Assembly: GCA_963761335.1 (NCBI GenBank)
Contig: CAVXGR010000007.1
Coordinates: 1-64,000 of the forward strand
DNA length: 64,000 nt
Reading direction: 5' to 3'
Origin: an uncultured delta proteobacterium
GTDB lineage: Bacteria > Desulfobacterota > Binatia > HRBIN30 > BPIQ01
This document shows positions 9,307 to 21,400 of the stretch, one piece after another. The stretch's first letter is position 1; the number at the start of each line of letters is the position of its first letter. The position numbers were made by a program, and so were the translations under genes. Below the pieces are notes generated by a model. That model was given only the letters and a program-made list of their open reading frames with translations, was not told the DNA's origin and searched no databases.

Positions 9307-9500
9307 CGACTCCCTTCCCTCTTCATCTGTGGTAAGCGCCCTGGTGATTCTCTGAGGCGTGAGTACCATGATGATTTTTCCTCTCGCCGGAAGTCGCCGG
9401 CGAATCGCCTGGGACAGCGCCGCGCTCCGCCCGGAGGGCGCCGCTGGCTCTTCCCTTTTCTCTTCCATCCATCGCACGCCGTGGCGTTTCGAATAATCGA

Positions 9501-10274
9501 TCACAAGCCGCCCCGGACAGCACGTACGTAGATGGCGGCACCGATCTTACTGTAGACGCTCACATAGCCGTTGGCGAGGGCCACAGCCCATGTGCTCGAA
9601 GGGTCGTCCTGGGAGGTAGTGGATGACCAATAGTAGCTAGACTTCGTGCAACTGCACGTTGTCACGTTACACCCACCAGTACAGGCAGAATTGAAGGCTG
9701 AGTCGACACACGGATTCGTCGCGCAAAGGTACGGCTCAGGAAGCAGGATCGTTTGCAGCTCCGCAAACGTCGGCAGTCGCCAATCGTTCGCACCGGCAAA
9801 CCCCACCTCGTTCAGACTCGTCCCTCCGACCGCCAAAAGGCTCGTGAACACGGTGCCGTCGCCATTCCACGGCGAACCCGTGCTCCACAAATAGGCGTTG
9901 TCCACGTCGTGCACGTCGCCGTTGTCGGACTTCTTCTCCCACACCAACCCCGTGAGGTTGTCCGTTATCGTGCCGTCATTGTTGTCCACATAGCGCGGAG
10001 CGTCACACGTGGTTCCCGTCAGCTTCTGCTGCAGCTTCGTCCAAGCACCGGCGTACTTGTTCCGGCACTTCGACAGCTTCGCGGGGTCAAAAAAAACGCC
10101 TTTGTACCCCTTGGCGAGCCAGTTCTGCACACACTTCTGGTATTTTCCCGCCTCCTTGGCGCGGCCGGACTGACACTTCTGCTCATCGGTCGGGGCTGCC
10201 GATGCCGCGGTGGTCGCCAGCACCACAATCGCCATCGCCAGCATCGCCGCTTTCAGCCCGCGGTTTGCCTTCAT
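9501..10274 (-). CDS. Secreted DUF1566/Lcl protein, tandem copy B
   Basis: Same motifs as copy A; part of a ~966-bp tandem unit. Confidence 0.9.
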   Translation of the reverse strand: MKANRGLKAAMLAMAIVVLATTAASAAPTDEQKCQSGRAKEAGKYQKCVQNWLAKGYKGVFFDPAKLSKCRNKYAGAWTKLQQKLTGTTCDAPRYVDNNDGTITDNLTGLVWEKKSDNGDVHDVDNAYLWSTGSPWNGDGTVFTSLLAVGGTSLNEVGFAGANDWRLPTFAELQTILLPEPYLCATNPCVDSAFNSACTGGCNVTTCSCTKSSYYWSSTTSQDDPSSTWAVALANGYVSVYSKIGAAIYVRAVRGGL

Positions 10275-10468
10275 TGACTCCCTTCCCTTTTCGTGTGTGG
10301 TAAGCGCTCTGGTGATTCTCTGGCGCGTGAGCACCATGATGATTTTCCCTCCCGCCGGAAGTCGCCGGCGAATCGCCTGGGACAGCGCCGCGCTCCGCCC
10401 GGAGAGCGTCGCTGGCTCTTCTCTTTTCTCTCTTATCCATCGCGAGCCGTGGCGTCTCGAATAATCGA

Positions 10469-11239
10469 TCACATGCCGCCGCGGACAGCACGCGCGTAGA
10501 TGATGTTATCGGTCGTATCGCTGGTGCCCACGCTGCCGGCGTTGGGGGACACGATCCACGCGTACATCGGAGCACCCTGGTAGGTAGTAGACGACCAGTA
10601 GTAGTTCGACTGCGTGCAACTGCACGTTGTCACGCTACAGCCACCAGTACAGCCGGAATCGAAGGCCGAGTCGACACACGGAAGCGTCGCGCAAGGGTAC
10701 GGGTCAGGAAGCAGGATGGTCTGCAGCTCCCCAAGCGTCGGCAGTCGCCAATCGTTCGCACCGGCAAACCCGACCTCGTTCAGACTCGTCGCTCCGACCG
10801 CCAGAAGGCCCGTGAACGCGGTGCCATCGCCATTCCACGGTGAACCCGTGCTCCACGAATAGGTGTTGTTCACGTCGTGCACGTCGCCGTTGTCGGACTT
10901 CTTCTCCCACACCAACCCCGTGAGGTTGTCCGTTATCGTGCCGTCAACGTTGTCCACGTAGCGCGCAGCGTCACACGTCGTTCCCGTCAACTTCTGCAGC
11001 TTGGTCCAAGCACCGGCGTACTTGATGCGGCACTTCGCCAGCTTCACTTGGTCAACAGAGCCGCCTTTGTACAGCTTGGCGAGCCAGTTCTGCACACACT
11101 TCTGGTACGTTCCCGCTGCCTTGGCGCGACCGGACTGACACTTCTGCTCATCGGTCGGGGCTGCCGATGCCGCGGTGGTCGCCAGCACCACCATCGCCAT
11201 CGCCAGCATCGCCGCTTTCAGCCCGCGGTTTGCCTTCAT
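10469..11239 (-). CDS. Secreted DUF1566/Lcl protein, tandem copy C
   Basis: Same motifs as copy A; part of a ~966-bp tandem unit. Confidence 0.9.
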   Translation of the reverse strand: MKANRGLKAAMLAMAMVVLATTAASAAPTDEQKCQSGRAKAAGTYQKCVQNWLAKLYKGGSVDQVKLAKCRIKYAGAWTKLQKLTGTTCDAARYVDNVDGTITDNLTGLVWEKKSDNGDVHDVNNTYSWSTGSPWNGDGTAFTGLLAVGATSLNEVGFAGANDWRLPTLGELQTILLPDPYPCATLPCVDSAFDSGCTGGCSVTTCSCTQSNYYWSSTTYQGAPMYAWIVSPNAGSVGTSDTTDNIIYARAVRGGM

Positions 11240-11421
11240 TGACCCCCTTCCCTTTTCGTCTGGAGCAAGCGCCCCGGTGATTCTCTGACGTGTGAGCACC
11301 ATGATGATCTTCCCTCTCGCCGGAAGTCGCCGGCGAATCGCCTGGGACAGCGCCGCGCTCCGCCCGGAGAGCGCCGCTGGCTCTTCCCTTTTCTCTCCCA
11401 TCCATCGCAAGCAGGGGCGTG

Positions 11422-11580
11422 CCCTCTGTAATAGAGGGCGTGAAAAACCCATTCACAGTGTGAAATCCGGGGCCACCTTCCCGTCTTTTTCTTTGCCGGG
11501 CCGGTGGAAGGCGCTCTTCTTGCGGCGTCGCGCCGCGGCAAGAGCCGTCGCCTGTGTCTTTGGAGGACGCCCGGGTGGCA
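11422..11580 (-). promoter_or_regulatory. Conserved palindromic upstream element, copy 3 (homology extends to match 4629-4790)
   Basis: CCCTCT-GTAAT-AGAGGG hairpin, TTCACAGTGTGAA at 11452-11464, then GGGCCGGTGGAAGGCGCTCTTCTTGC..GTCTTTGGAGGACGCCCGGGTG shared with 4703-4780. Confidence 0.7.
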
Positions 11581-11660
11581 GGAGTGCTGGTGCTCAGCGA
11601 CGGCACGAAGCCTGCGGGCGACCCTTGTTCACCCCGTATTGTGCGGGGCTCAGTAATCGC

Positions 11661-14600
11661 TCAGACCTGCCAGGTCACGCGCTCCTCGGGATCGGGCTGG
11701 TACACGCAGACGTAGCCGGTGCGAATGCTGCGCCCGAGGTGGCGGCCAGCGCCGGGGTCCGCGGCGCGGATCGCCGCGATAGCCGACTTGATCCCCTTGG
11801 TCACGGTCGAACGGGCGCGTTCCGCATCAGAGCCGATGGCGCGCGCCGATCCGCCCAGACCGACCGCCGCCGCCAACTCGCGGCTGATGAACTCCATCTC
11901 CGCCTGCGCTGCCTCGGCACGGCCGAGGTCATGGTGCTCCTCTGCCTCCGCGAGCTCCTCGCGCACCTCTTCGAGGCGCTTCCGGTACTCCGCCCGCGCC
12001 TGACTGTCCAGGACAGGCCCTCCGTCCCCGCTGCCGGATGCCCGACCGGAGGCACTCGGCCCCTGCCCCAAGTCGAGCGCTAGGTGCTCCTGCCCAGGGC
12101 GCCGCAGCAGCTGCACCAGGTATTGCAGGCCCCTGCTGTCCTTCAGTCGCGAAACGGTGCCGGCAAAGGCCAGGGTCCAGTAGGGGCCTTCACGCCGGAG
12201 CATCGCTTCGATTCCGGATGGACGATTGCGGATGGCGGCTTGTGGGAGACCTTCGGTTCCGGATTCCGCCGGCCGACCGCCTCCCCCGGTCATTACGGCC
12301 TGCACGCGCTCGGTCAACGACTTCATCCCGAGCTCCTGCGCCGTGACCGCCGCCGTGCGCAACAACTCTTGCGCTCGAATGCGATCTCCGGCCTGCCCCC
12401 GCGCCAGCAGCATGCGCGCATACTCGTATTGCGTGTGCGCCAGGAACAGAGCAGCTCCCAATCCCCGGTGCATCTCCAACGCTGCCGTAAAGTGCTTCGA
12501 CGCGGGTTCCCAGCGCTGCATCGTCCTGGCGAGAAGGCCGAGATAGTAGGTGACGGCGCCGTTCCAGACCGCATTCGAGATCGCCACGTGGTAGGGCGCG
12601 TACGGGATGAGCAAGTCGTACAGCATGGTTGCGCGCCGGCCGTCGCCGAGGAACGCACACACTTCGGCGAGGTGGGCCATGGCAGGCATCCACCCCCCGT
12701 CGCGCGGCATGTCGGTGAAATCCTGCGCCGCTAGTCTCTCGAACTCTCTCCGCGCTTCAACAGCGCGACTCATTGCAGAATACAACGCCGCGAGGACGGC
12801 TCGCCAAGCTGGCATCTGGGGGTACTGGTCGACGAGTTCTCGGAGCCCGGCCTCAATCTCCTCCAGGCGGCCCTGTTCGCGGCGCAGCGCGAATAGTTGC
12901 GCTCCAAAGAGTGCTGGGGCATCGGGGTCGACGGGGAGTCCAATGCCGAGAGCTTCCTCGGCGAGCGACTCGCCTGCCGCGAGGCGGCCTTCCAGCAACG
13001 CCCGCAAACTCCGGTACAACGTCTTTACCCACAGAAAGAGCGGCTGCCGAAGCTGCTTGCCGAGCTTGCCGCACGACCTCGCTGTCCTCATCCGCCCCGA
13101 CAACGTCGCCAAGCTCGATTCGGTCGACGATGCGAAAGCCGTGGCCCCAGCCGGCCAGGTCCCGGTTCCCGGTCTCGTGGCCGAGGCGCACAAGATCGCT
13201 GGAGATGGTGAGCCGCTCCTCGGCATTTCCGGGCCCGCGCAAAGCAACGTGCCGCGCCACGAGCGCTTCACCTAGCGCCTGCGAGTCGCCGCTCCGTTGC
13301 GCAATCGCGAGCGCCTCTTCGCTCAGGAGCATTCGGCGGGCCTCGAACGCAGGGTATCGGAGCTCCTGACTCAGTCGCGCCATCAACCTCGCCCTGACGG
13401 CGGTGTCGACTGTGTCCAGCCGCTGCAGCGCCTCCTCGAGCACAGCGACCACATCCTGATCGATGGCGCCGGCCTCGATACAGTTGCCTGCGAAACCAAG
13501 GGCGGCGGTCGCAAGGTGTTCCACCGCGCCGAGCCGTCGCGCGATTTCGGCCGCTTGCTGAAAGACCTGTCGGCTGGTGTCGCGCTCGCCTGCCTTGGCG
13601 TACGCCTGTCCCAGAGCCAACAGCAACGCGCAGCGCTGCCTCTCGGCGACAGGTGTCGGTTTCGCAGTCGTGATGCTTTTGAGGCTCTGGAGCGCGATTC
13701 GATACTGGTGAGCCGCCTCCTCATACGCGACCTGCTGGAGTGCGCGGTCACCGGCGCGCCGGGCATACGCAACCGCCTTCCGGTGTCCTTCATCGGTGCC
13801 CGCTTCGGAGAAGTGGTAGGCGAGCTCGGTGAGGCGCGCCTCCGCTCCGGACAAGGTCTCGATCGCGGCTCCTACCCGCCCGTGCAGTTGCGCGCGGGCC
13901 GGGGCGTCGAGCTCGGCGTAGAGCGTTTCGCGAATCATGGCGTGCGTGAAGCGGTAGCGCCGCGGCGAATCGGGTAGTGCCGTGATGATGCCCGCCGCGC
14001 CTGCGATATCCAAGGCGCCCGCCGGATCGTCCCCACTATCTCCTCCTCCCTCCAATGCGCCGATCAGCAACAACACGGATGCCAACAACTGCAACCCAAA
14101 CTCCCGCCCGATCACCGCGGCCACGCGCAACACGTCGCGACAGTGCGAGGGCAAAGGGGCCAAGCGCCGGGCAATCACGGCCCGCACCGTGTGCGGCACG
14201 GGTCTGATGGTTACGGTATCCGAGCCCTCCGACAACAGAAGGCGCACGTACTCGCCGACGAACAGCGGATTGCCCTCCGTGCGCTGGTGCACTGCCCTCA
14301 CCAGAGATGCCGCCGGAGCGATGTGCGTGCTCCGCTCGATGAACTCTGCGATCTCGGAGGCGCTCCACCCCGAGAGGGTCAAGCGCTCCACGTCGGAAAC
14401 GCGCAGGCCTTCCACCAGCATACCCGTCAGCGGATGCGTGCTCGTCAATCCCACGTCCCGGTAGCTGGCGAGCATCATCAACGGCATGCTCCGCAGCTCC
14501 CGCACAATGAACTCGATCAGGCGCAGCGACGAGGGATCGGCACCGTGGAGATCGTCGATGATGAGCAGCACGGGCGCCCGCGCGGCGAGGTAGTCGAGAA

Positions 14601-15186
14601 AGCGCGTGATGCCGTCGAAGACACGGAAGCGGGCCTGCGGCGAATCCGCGATTGCGATGCTCGGGATGTCAGGGAGCACGACGCGCAGTTCCGGCACCAG
14701 CTGAGCAATGTCCGCGGCTCCGGTACCGAGAGCAATGGCGAGCGAGTCCCGGTCCATGCCCTTGATCGCAGCCCGCAGGATCTGCACCCAAGGCCAGAAC
14801 GCCGGCGCGCCCCCGTCTTCGGAGCAGCAGCCCCAAAACACTTGCACGCCGTGCTCCGGCGCGTATCTCGCCAGCTCCTCGGCGATGCGGGTTTTGCCGA
14901 CGCCCGCCTCGCCGGCCAAGAGCGCGAGCCGACCATGCCCAGTCCGAACCGCGTCGATAGCGGCACGCAAAACCTGTTGCTCGTGCTCCCGTCCGACGAA
15001 CAGGCGATTTGGGTTTGCCACTCGGAACTCTTCGGGTCCGACGAAAGGGCCGCGCGCCGACGGCCCCGCCGTGGATCGGACACCTTTGGCCGTCGGCGCA
15101 CTCGATGGCACACTGCTGCGGGCGGACACGATCTGCCCCGCAGCAACATCTCCTTCTTCGGCCTTCGCCATCACCCTTCCCCGCAC
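11661..15186 (-). pseudogene. AAA_16/STAND ATPase + TPR-like helical region + C-terminal output domain, frameshifted near 13070
   Basis: LFVGRE, Walker A GEAGVGKT, Walker B LIIDDLHGAD, TEGNPLF and RFTHAMIRE. ORF 12853-15186 (..GDVVGADEDSEV) joins ORF 11661-13271 (..KQLRQPLFLW..). Real lesion or sequencing error. Confidence 0.85.
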
Positions 15187-15468
15187 CGATTGTACGGTCC
15201 TGGCAAATTCATTGTGCGACTAGACTCCCTGTCCCCGAGTGCGACACCTGGGCCAACTTACACCGTCCCGCTGGGCAAAAATCAAGTCAGAACCCCGGGC
15301 GCGCGAAACGACGATCGCGGCCGGGAGCATCGAGCTGCGCTCCAGCACTCAGAAGATGGGGATCGGGGGCCAGGGGCCGGTAGGCGCGGACACGCTCATG
15401 CTCAGGGACAGCACGCAGCACGCGGGCGACTCTTGTTCACCCCGTATTGTGCGCGACTCAGCAACCGC

Positions 15469-18400
15469 TCAGACCTGCCAGGTCACGTGGTCGTCGGGAT
15501 CGGGCTGATACACGCAGACGTAGCCGGTGCGAATGCTGCGCCCGAGGTGGCGGCCGGCGCCGGGGTCCGCGGCGCGGATCGCCGCGATAGCCGACTTGAT
15601 CCCCTTGGTCACGGTCGAACGGGCGCGTTCCGCATCAGAGCCGACGGCGCGCGCCGCTCCGCCCAGGCCGACCGCCGCCACCAACTCGCGGCTGATGAAC
15701 TCCATCTCCGCCTGCGCGGCCTCAGCGCGGCCGAGGTCATGGTGCTCCTCTGCCTCCGCGAGTTCCTCGCGCACCTCTTCGAGGCGCTTGCGGTACTCCG
15801 CCCGCGCCTGACTGTCCAGGACAGGCCCTCCGTCCCGGCTGCCGGATGCCCGACCGGAGGCACTCGGCCCCTGCCCCAAGTCGAGCGCTAGGACCTCCTG
15901 CCCAGGGCGCTGCAGCAGCTGCACCAGGTATTGCAGGCCCCGGCTGTCCTTCAGTCGCGAGACAGTGCCGGCGAAGGCCAGGGTCCAGTAGGGGCCTTCA
16001 CGGCGGAGGATCGCTTCGATCCCGGATGGACGATCGCGGATGGCGGTTTGTGGGAGACCTTCGGTTCCGGATTCCGCCGGCCGCCCGCCCCCCCCGGTCA
16101 TCAGGGCCTGCACGCGCTCGGTCAACGACTTCATCCCCAGCTCCTGCGCCGTGGCCGCCGCCGTGCGCAACAACTCTTCCGCTCGAATGCGATCTCCGGC
16201 CTGCCCGCGCGCCAGCAGCGCCGACGCGTAGGCGTGCTGCGTCAGCGCCAGGTGAGGCCGGGCACGCATGCGAGAATCGAACGCGATGGCATCCCGGAAG
16301 TGCCGAACCGCGTCGTCCCAGCGCGACATGGTCGCCGCCAAACCGCCCAGGTGGTACGCGCCACATCCGAAGTAGGCACCGACATTCGTGAGGACCGCGG
16401 CGCGGTCGGAGTAGGGCGCGAGGCAGTCGTAAAGAGTCGCCGCGCGCTCGGTGTCGCCGAGGAAGACGCAGGTCGCGCTGAGGCATGCCAGCGTGGGAAG
16501 GAGGTTCCCGTCGCGGGGGCAATCGGCGAAGTTGGCCGCGGCCAGTTGATCGAACTCGCGTCGCGCCGGGGTCTCGCGCCCGAGCTCCGCGTAGATCCGC
16601 GCCAGAAAACTGCGCAGGCCGGGCACCTCGAGGTGCTGCGCGATCGCCGCTTCGAGGAACACGACGAAGCCGTCGAGCGGCGCTCCGGTGAGCAACGCGA
16701 AGTTCAGGGTGTGCACGGAACTGAACTGCGCCGCCGCCGTCTCATGCCATTTCATCCCGGAGGTCTCAGCCGCGGCCGCGAGGCGCTGCGCCTCGTCGAA
16801 GCGGCCCGCGATGGTGGCGCGCGCGGCCTGGAACAATTCGACGTGAAAGGCGTGGTACGGTTGCCGCAGCTCTTCGGCCAGCCGCGCGCAGGCATCGAGG
16901 TCGATGTCGAACGCGTCGGAATCGCCGAGCTCGAGCGCGTCGTTGGCCCGCCAGAAGTGAGCCTGGAACAACAGGTGTCGATCACCGGTTTGGCGGGCGA
17001 GCTGCGCGAGCTCGGTGGCCATGGCGACGCGCTCCGCCTGGTTGCCCGGTCCCCACCCGGCGACGTGTTGGGCATTCAGGGTGAACGCCAACGCATTGCG
17101 GTCGTTGGTGCGCCGCGCCATGGCGACGGCCCGGTCGCTCAGGACGGCTCGACGCTCGGAGGCGGGCCGGAAGAGCAGCGTCGTCGCCAGGCGCCCGAGC
17201 AGCCGTGCGTGGAGCGCGCTGTCCTCCGCGCCCCATTGCTCGATAGATTCTTCGAGCAGGCTGACCTGGGTTTGGTCGGTCACCCCTTCCTCGCCGTGCG
17301 CGAATTGCACGCCGAATCCGAGCGCGGCGCGGCTCAGGTGTTCGCGCAGCCCCAACCGGCGCGCGATGTCGGCTGCTTCCAAGACCGTCTCCTTCGATTG
17401 TGCGGTCTGTCCCGCGCCATTCAGCGCTTCGCCGAGGCCGAGCAGCAACTCGCAGCGGCGTCGATCATGCCGGCCGCCGTCGGGCGCGGCGTCCTGCGCA
17501 GCGCGCGACGAGGCATCCAGCCCCAGCCGGTAGAGCCGCGCAGCCTCTTCGTAGGCGAGCAACCGCAGCGCGCGGTCGCCCGCTCGTTGCGCGTGAGTGA
17601 CGGCCTTCTCGTCTTCGCCGCCTTCGAAGGAATGGTACGCGAGCTCGGTCAGCGCCTCGTCCGCGCCGAAGCGCCGCTCGATCGACTCGCCCACGGCTCG
17701 ATGCAGCTGCTGCCGTCGCGACGCGCCCAACTCTTCGAAGAGCATCTCGCGAATCAGTGCGTGCGCGAAGCGACAGCGGCCGGATCCGTCGAGGCCGTCG
17801 ATCACCTGTGCCGCCTCTGCCTCGGCGAGGAGCTCGGTCGTTGACACCGGCGGCTGCCCGGCCGACGTTCCGCCAGCTACCGCGGACTGCAACACGTCGA
17901 GCCGAAAATCACGCCCGATGACGGCGGCGACGCGCAACACCTCCCGGCACGCCCCCGACAGCGGCGCCAGGCGGCGCTCGATGACGGCTTGCACGTTGCC
18001 CGGGACCGCGACGCTCCAGCCGCGGTCCGCGCCGCTGTCCAGCCGCCCCTCATCGAGGAGCACTCGAACGAACTCCCCCGCGAACAGCGGATTGCCCTCC
18101 GTCCTCTCGTGCAGCCGGTCGACCAGCGCCGGCGCGGGCTCGACACCCGTGGTCGACCGGATGAACTCCGCAATCTCATTCGGGCTCAACCCGCGCAGCA
18201 CCAACCTCTCCGTGCCGGGCTCGCGCGCGACGTCGACCAGGGTTTGCGTCAGCGGATGCTCACGGCGCACGCCCACGTCACGATGCGTTGCCAGGATCAG
18301 GAGCGGCAGCTCACGCAATCCGCGCGCGAGGAACTCGAGCAGCAGCAAGGACGAATGGTCGGCCCCGTGCAGATCGTCGACGACAACGACCAACGGTGCC

Positions 18401-21400
18401 TTCTGCGCCAGCTTGGCCAGAAACTGGGCGACGCTCTGGAACAGCTGGAAGCGCGCTTCGGGCGAGTCGCTGACGACGCGCTGGGGCAGATCGGGCCAGC
18501 GCTCGCGCAGCCTCGGGACGATGAGCGCCAACTCGGCGGCATCGGCGCCCAGGGCGGATCGCAGAGCCTCGTTCTCGAAGTGCGTCAGGCCGTCACGCAG
18601 AACTTGCACCCACGGCCAGAACGCGGGGGCGCCCTCGCCCTCGTAGCAGCGCCCCCAGAGCACCGCTGCCCCGCGGGCGCGCGCATGGGCGGCAATCTCC
18701 TCCGCTGTGCGTGTCTTGCCCATCCCGGGGGCACCGCCGAGCAGCATCAAGCGCCCGCGACCGGCGAGGGCATCGTCCAGGCCCGCACGGAGCGTCGCCA
18801 TCTCCCGTTCGCGCCCGACGAAGTGTCGGGCCCGAAAGCCGGGCGCCGAGACCATGGAAGGCCAGGAGGTGGACGCGGTCGGCCCGCCGGAAGGGAGATG
18901 AGGCGAGCTGGGAGGCTCCGGCAGCGGGATCGCCGTGAGCCGATGGTGCTCCTGCAGCGCTTGCAGTTTCGCAACCAGGGGATTCATCCCCAGCTCGCGT
19001 GCGGTTCTCAGTGCCGCGTGCAGAAGCGCAGCCGCCTGGGTGCGGTCTCCCGGAGCGTTTCTCTGCAGCAGAATCCGGGCGAGGTCGGTCTGAGTCAGTG
19101 CGAGATGGGGCCGCGCTCCCATGCGCGAGTTGTGGGCGATGGCGTCATCGAAGTGTCGCGCGGCTTCGTCCAGGCGGCCCAGCGTCGCCGCCGTCAACCC
19201 CACGAAGCGCGCCACCGAGCCCCAGCTCGGGTCGGGCACGTTGCGCGTCTTGAACGGCAGAAGCCGCGGGTAGAGAAGGGCCGCCCGGCGCGCGTCGTGG
19301 AAGTGGGCCGCGAATTCACTGAGCACCGCCAAGGCCAGCAAGCGGTTGGTGCGCGAGATGTCGGTGAAATCATTCGCGGCGCACGCCTCGAATTGCGCCC
19401 GCGCGGAGTCTTCGTCCCCCAGCGCGAGGGCCAGATGGATCAATGCGGTCCGCGCTCCCCAGTTCCAGGCCATGTCGACTGCCGGCTGCCCAGTGGCGAT
19501 GCCGCCGTCTGACGAGAGCCTTCCCTGCAGCAAGCGGGGAAAGCCCATCTGGATCGGGTACATCTGGGCGGCCCGGGGCTCCTTCGCGCGCTGGCCCATC
19601 TCCAGGGCCTCGCGCGCAAACCGTTCGGCATCGGCGAAACGCCCGCGGAAAGTGGACAGCGTGGCGCGCCAGTAGGGGATCCAGTACTGCCACTGCGCCA
19701 GGTGCAGCGTCGCGGCGCAGCGCGTCAGATGCTCGAGCTCGCGCTCCGCCCCTGCCACGTCACCCAGGTCGAACAAGCAGCCCAGCCGCAGGCGCGACGC
19801 TTTCGCCGCGATTTCGGTAGACCGCTGCGTCTCTCCGAGCGCGACGAGCTCGCTCACCGCCGCCAAACGCTCGTCGAGGTTCTCGGGCAGGCAGGCGCAG
19901 CTGATCCATGTCTCGAGCGCGACGCTGAGGCCCTGCGGGTCGCCAACGCGTCGCGCGACCGCCACCGCCTCGCGACTCAACTCCGCCGAGCGCGTGAAGA
20001 TCTCGACGTCGGGGCTGGCGAGTAACTCGTCGGCGAGCGCGGCGAGCAGCTTGGCCCGCAGCACGCTGTCGTCGGGGCCGACCGCTTCGATGGCTTCCTC
20101 GAGCAAGCGGATCTTGCCGGCGTCGGCGTTGGCAAGGTCGAGCACCCAGCGCGTGCCCAGCACCGCGCGCGCGAACAAGTCCGGAGTGCCCAGCGACCGC
20201 GCCAGCGCAACGGCCCTGTCGAACGTCGCCCGGGCCGTGGCGGTGTCGGCCGCCCCCTTCTGCGCGTGGGCGAGGGTCAGGAGCAGCTCGCAACGCGACA
20301 GATCTTGGCGCTCGTCGAGCCGGTCGAGGGTCGCGATCCCGAGTTCGGCGAGACGCAGCGCCTCCTCGTACGCCAGCAGGGCCAACCCGCGTTCCGCGGC
20401 CCGCTGCATGTAGACCACCGCCTTGCGCAAGTCCGGGGCGGTGCCCGCCGCGAGAAAATGGTGCGCCACTTCGGTGAGCAACTCTCCGATCTCGGGCGAC
20501 CGCTCGAGCGCCTCGCCGGCACGCCGGTGGAATCGCTGCCGCCGTTCCGGCGACAGTTCCGCGTAGAGCTTCTCGCGGATCAGCGCGTGCGAGAAGCGGT
20601 AGACCGCGGGATTGTCGGTCACGGCGATCAACTGATGTTGCACGCCTTCGTCGAGTCGCTCGGCGATCGGCGCGGCCGGCGAGTCGAGGGACACCACGTC
20701 GCCCGCGATCGTCGCGCGGAAGTCGCGCCCGAGCACGGCGGCGGCCGCCAGCACCTCTCGGCACGGGGGCGATAGGGCGCCCAGGCGCTGCGAGATCACG
20801 GTGCTCACCGTCGCGGGCAGGGAAAGCTCCGAGCCGTTCTCCGGCCACTGGCCGTCGCGCTCCATCAGCTGCGCGAACTCTCTGAGAAACAGCGGATTCC
20901 CTTCCGTCACCCGGTACATGTGCGCAGCGACTTCGGGCGGGGGAGCGGCGCCCGTGCGAATCTCGATGAAGCGGGCAACCTCCACCGGAGTCAAGCCGCC
21001 GAGGGGCAGGTGCCCGTGACCGTTCGGCTGAGTGAGCCCGGCTAGCACGTCGCCCAACGGTGTCGGCGCCGTGAGCGCAGCCGTGCGGCACGCGATCACG
21101 AGCAGCAGCCGCGTGGCGGACTGCTGCGCCAGCAGCCGCGCCATGAACTGTGCGAGCAGGGCCGACGGCAGGTCCGCGCCCTGCAGATCGTCGAGGATGA
21201 TCACGAGAGGATGTTCCTGACTGAGGTGCGTCAGGAGCCGACCGATGCTGTCGAAGATCCGTTCGCGCGCCTGCTCCCGGTCCGGCACCGGCGTCGATCG
21301 CAGCTCGGGCAGGCGCTCGCGCAACTCCGGCACGAACTGGGCGATGTCGGGGCCGCTGGCGGCGAGAAGGAGACGTAGCTCGGTCGTGTCGACCTTCTCG

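Larger units (their letters stand above)
8530..11408. repeat. Tandem triplication of a gene plus its upstream region
   Basis: Stop codons at 8536, 9501 and 10469 (spacings 965 and 968); the ~170-bp upstream regions are also conserved. Confidence 0.9.

Noticed and set aside
9307..9504. 66-71-aa N-terminal extensions of the DUF1566 ORFs in the ORF track
   Set aside because: A strong RBS and signal peptide start at MKANRG; the extension is the duplicated upstream region.
14143..19512. Long plus-strand ORFs antisense to the STAND genes
   Set aside because: Arg/Ala-rich shadow ORFs without recognisable motifs, typical of GC-rich coding DNA.
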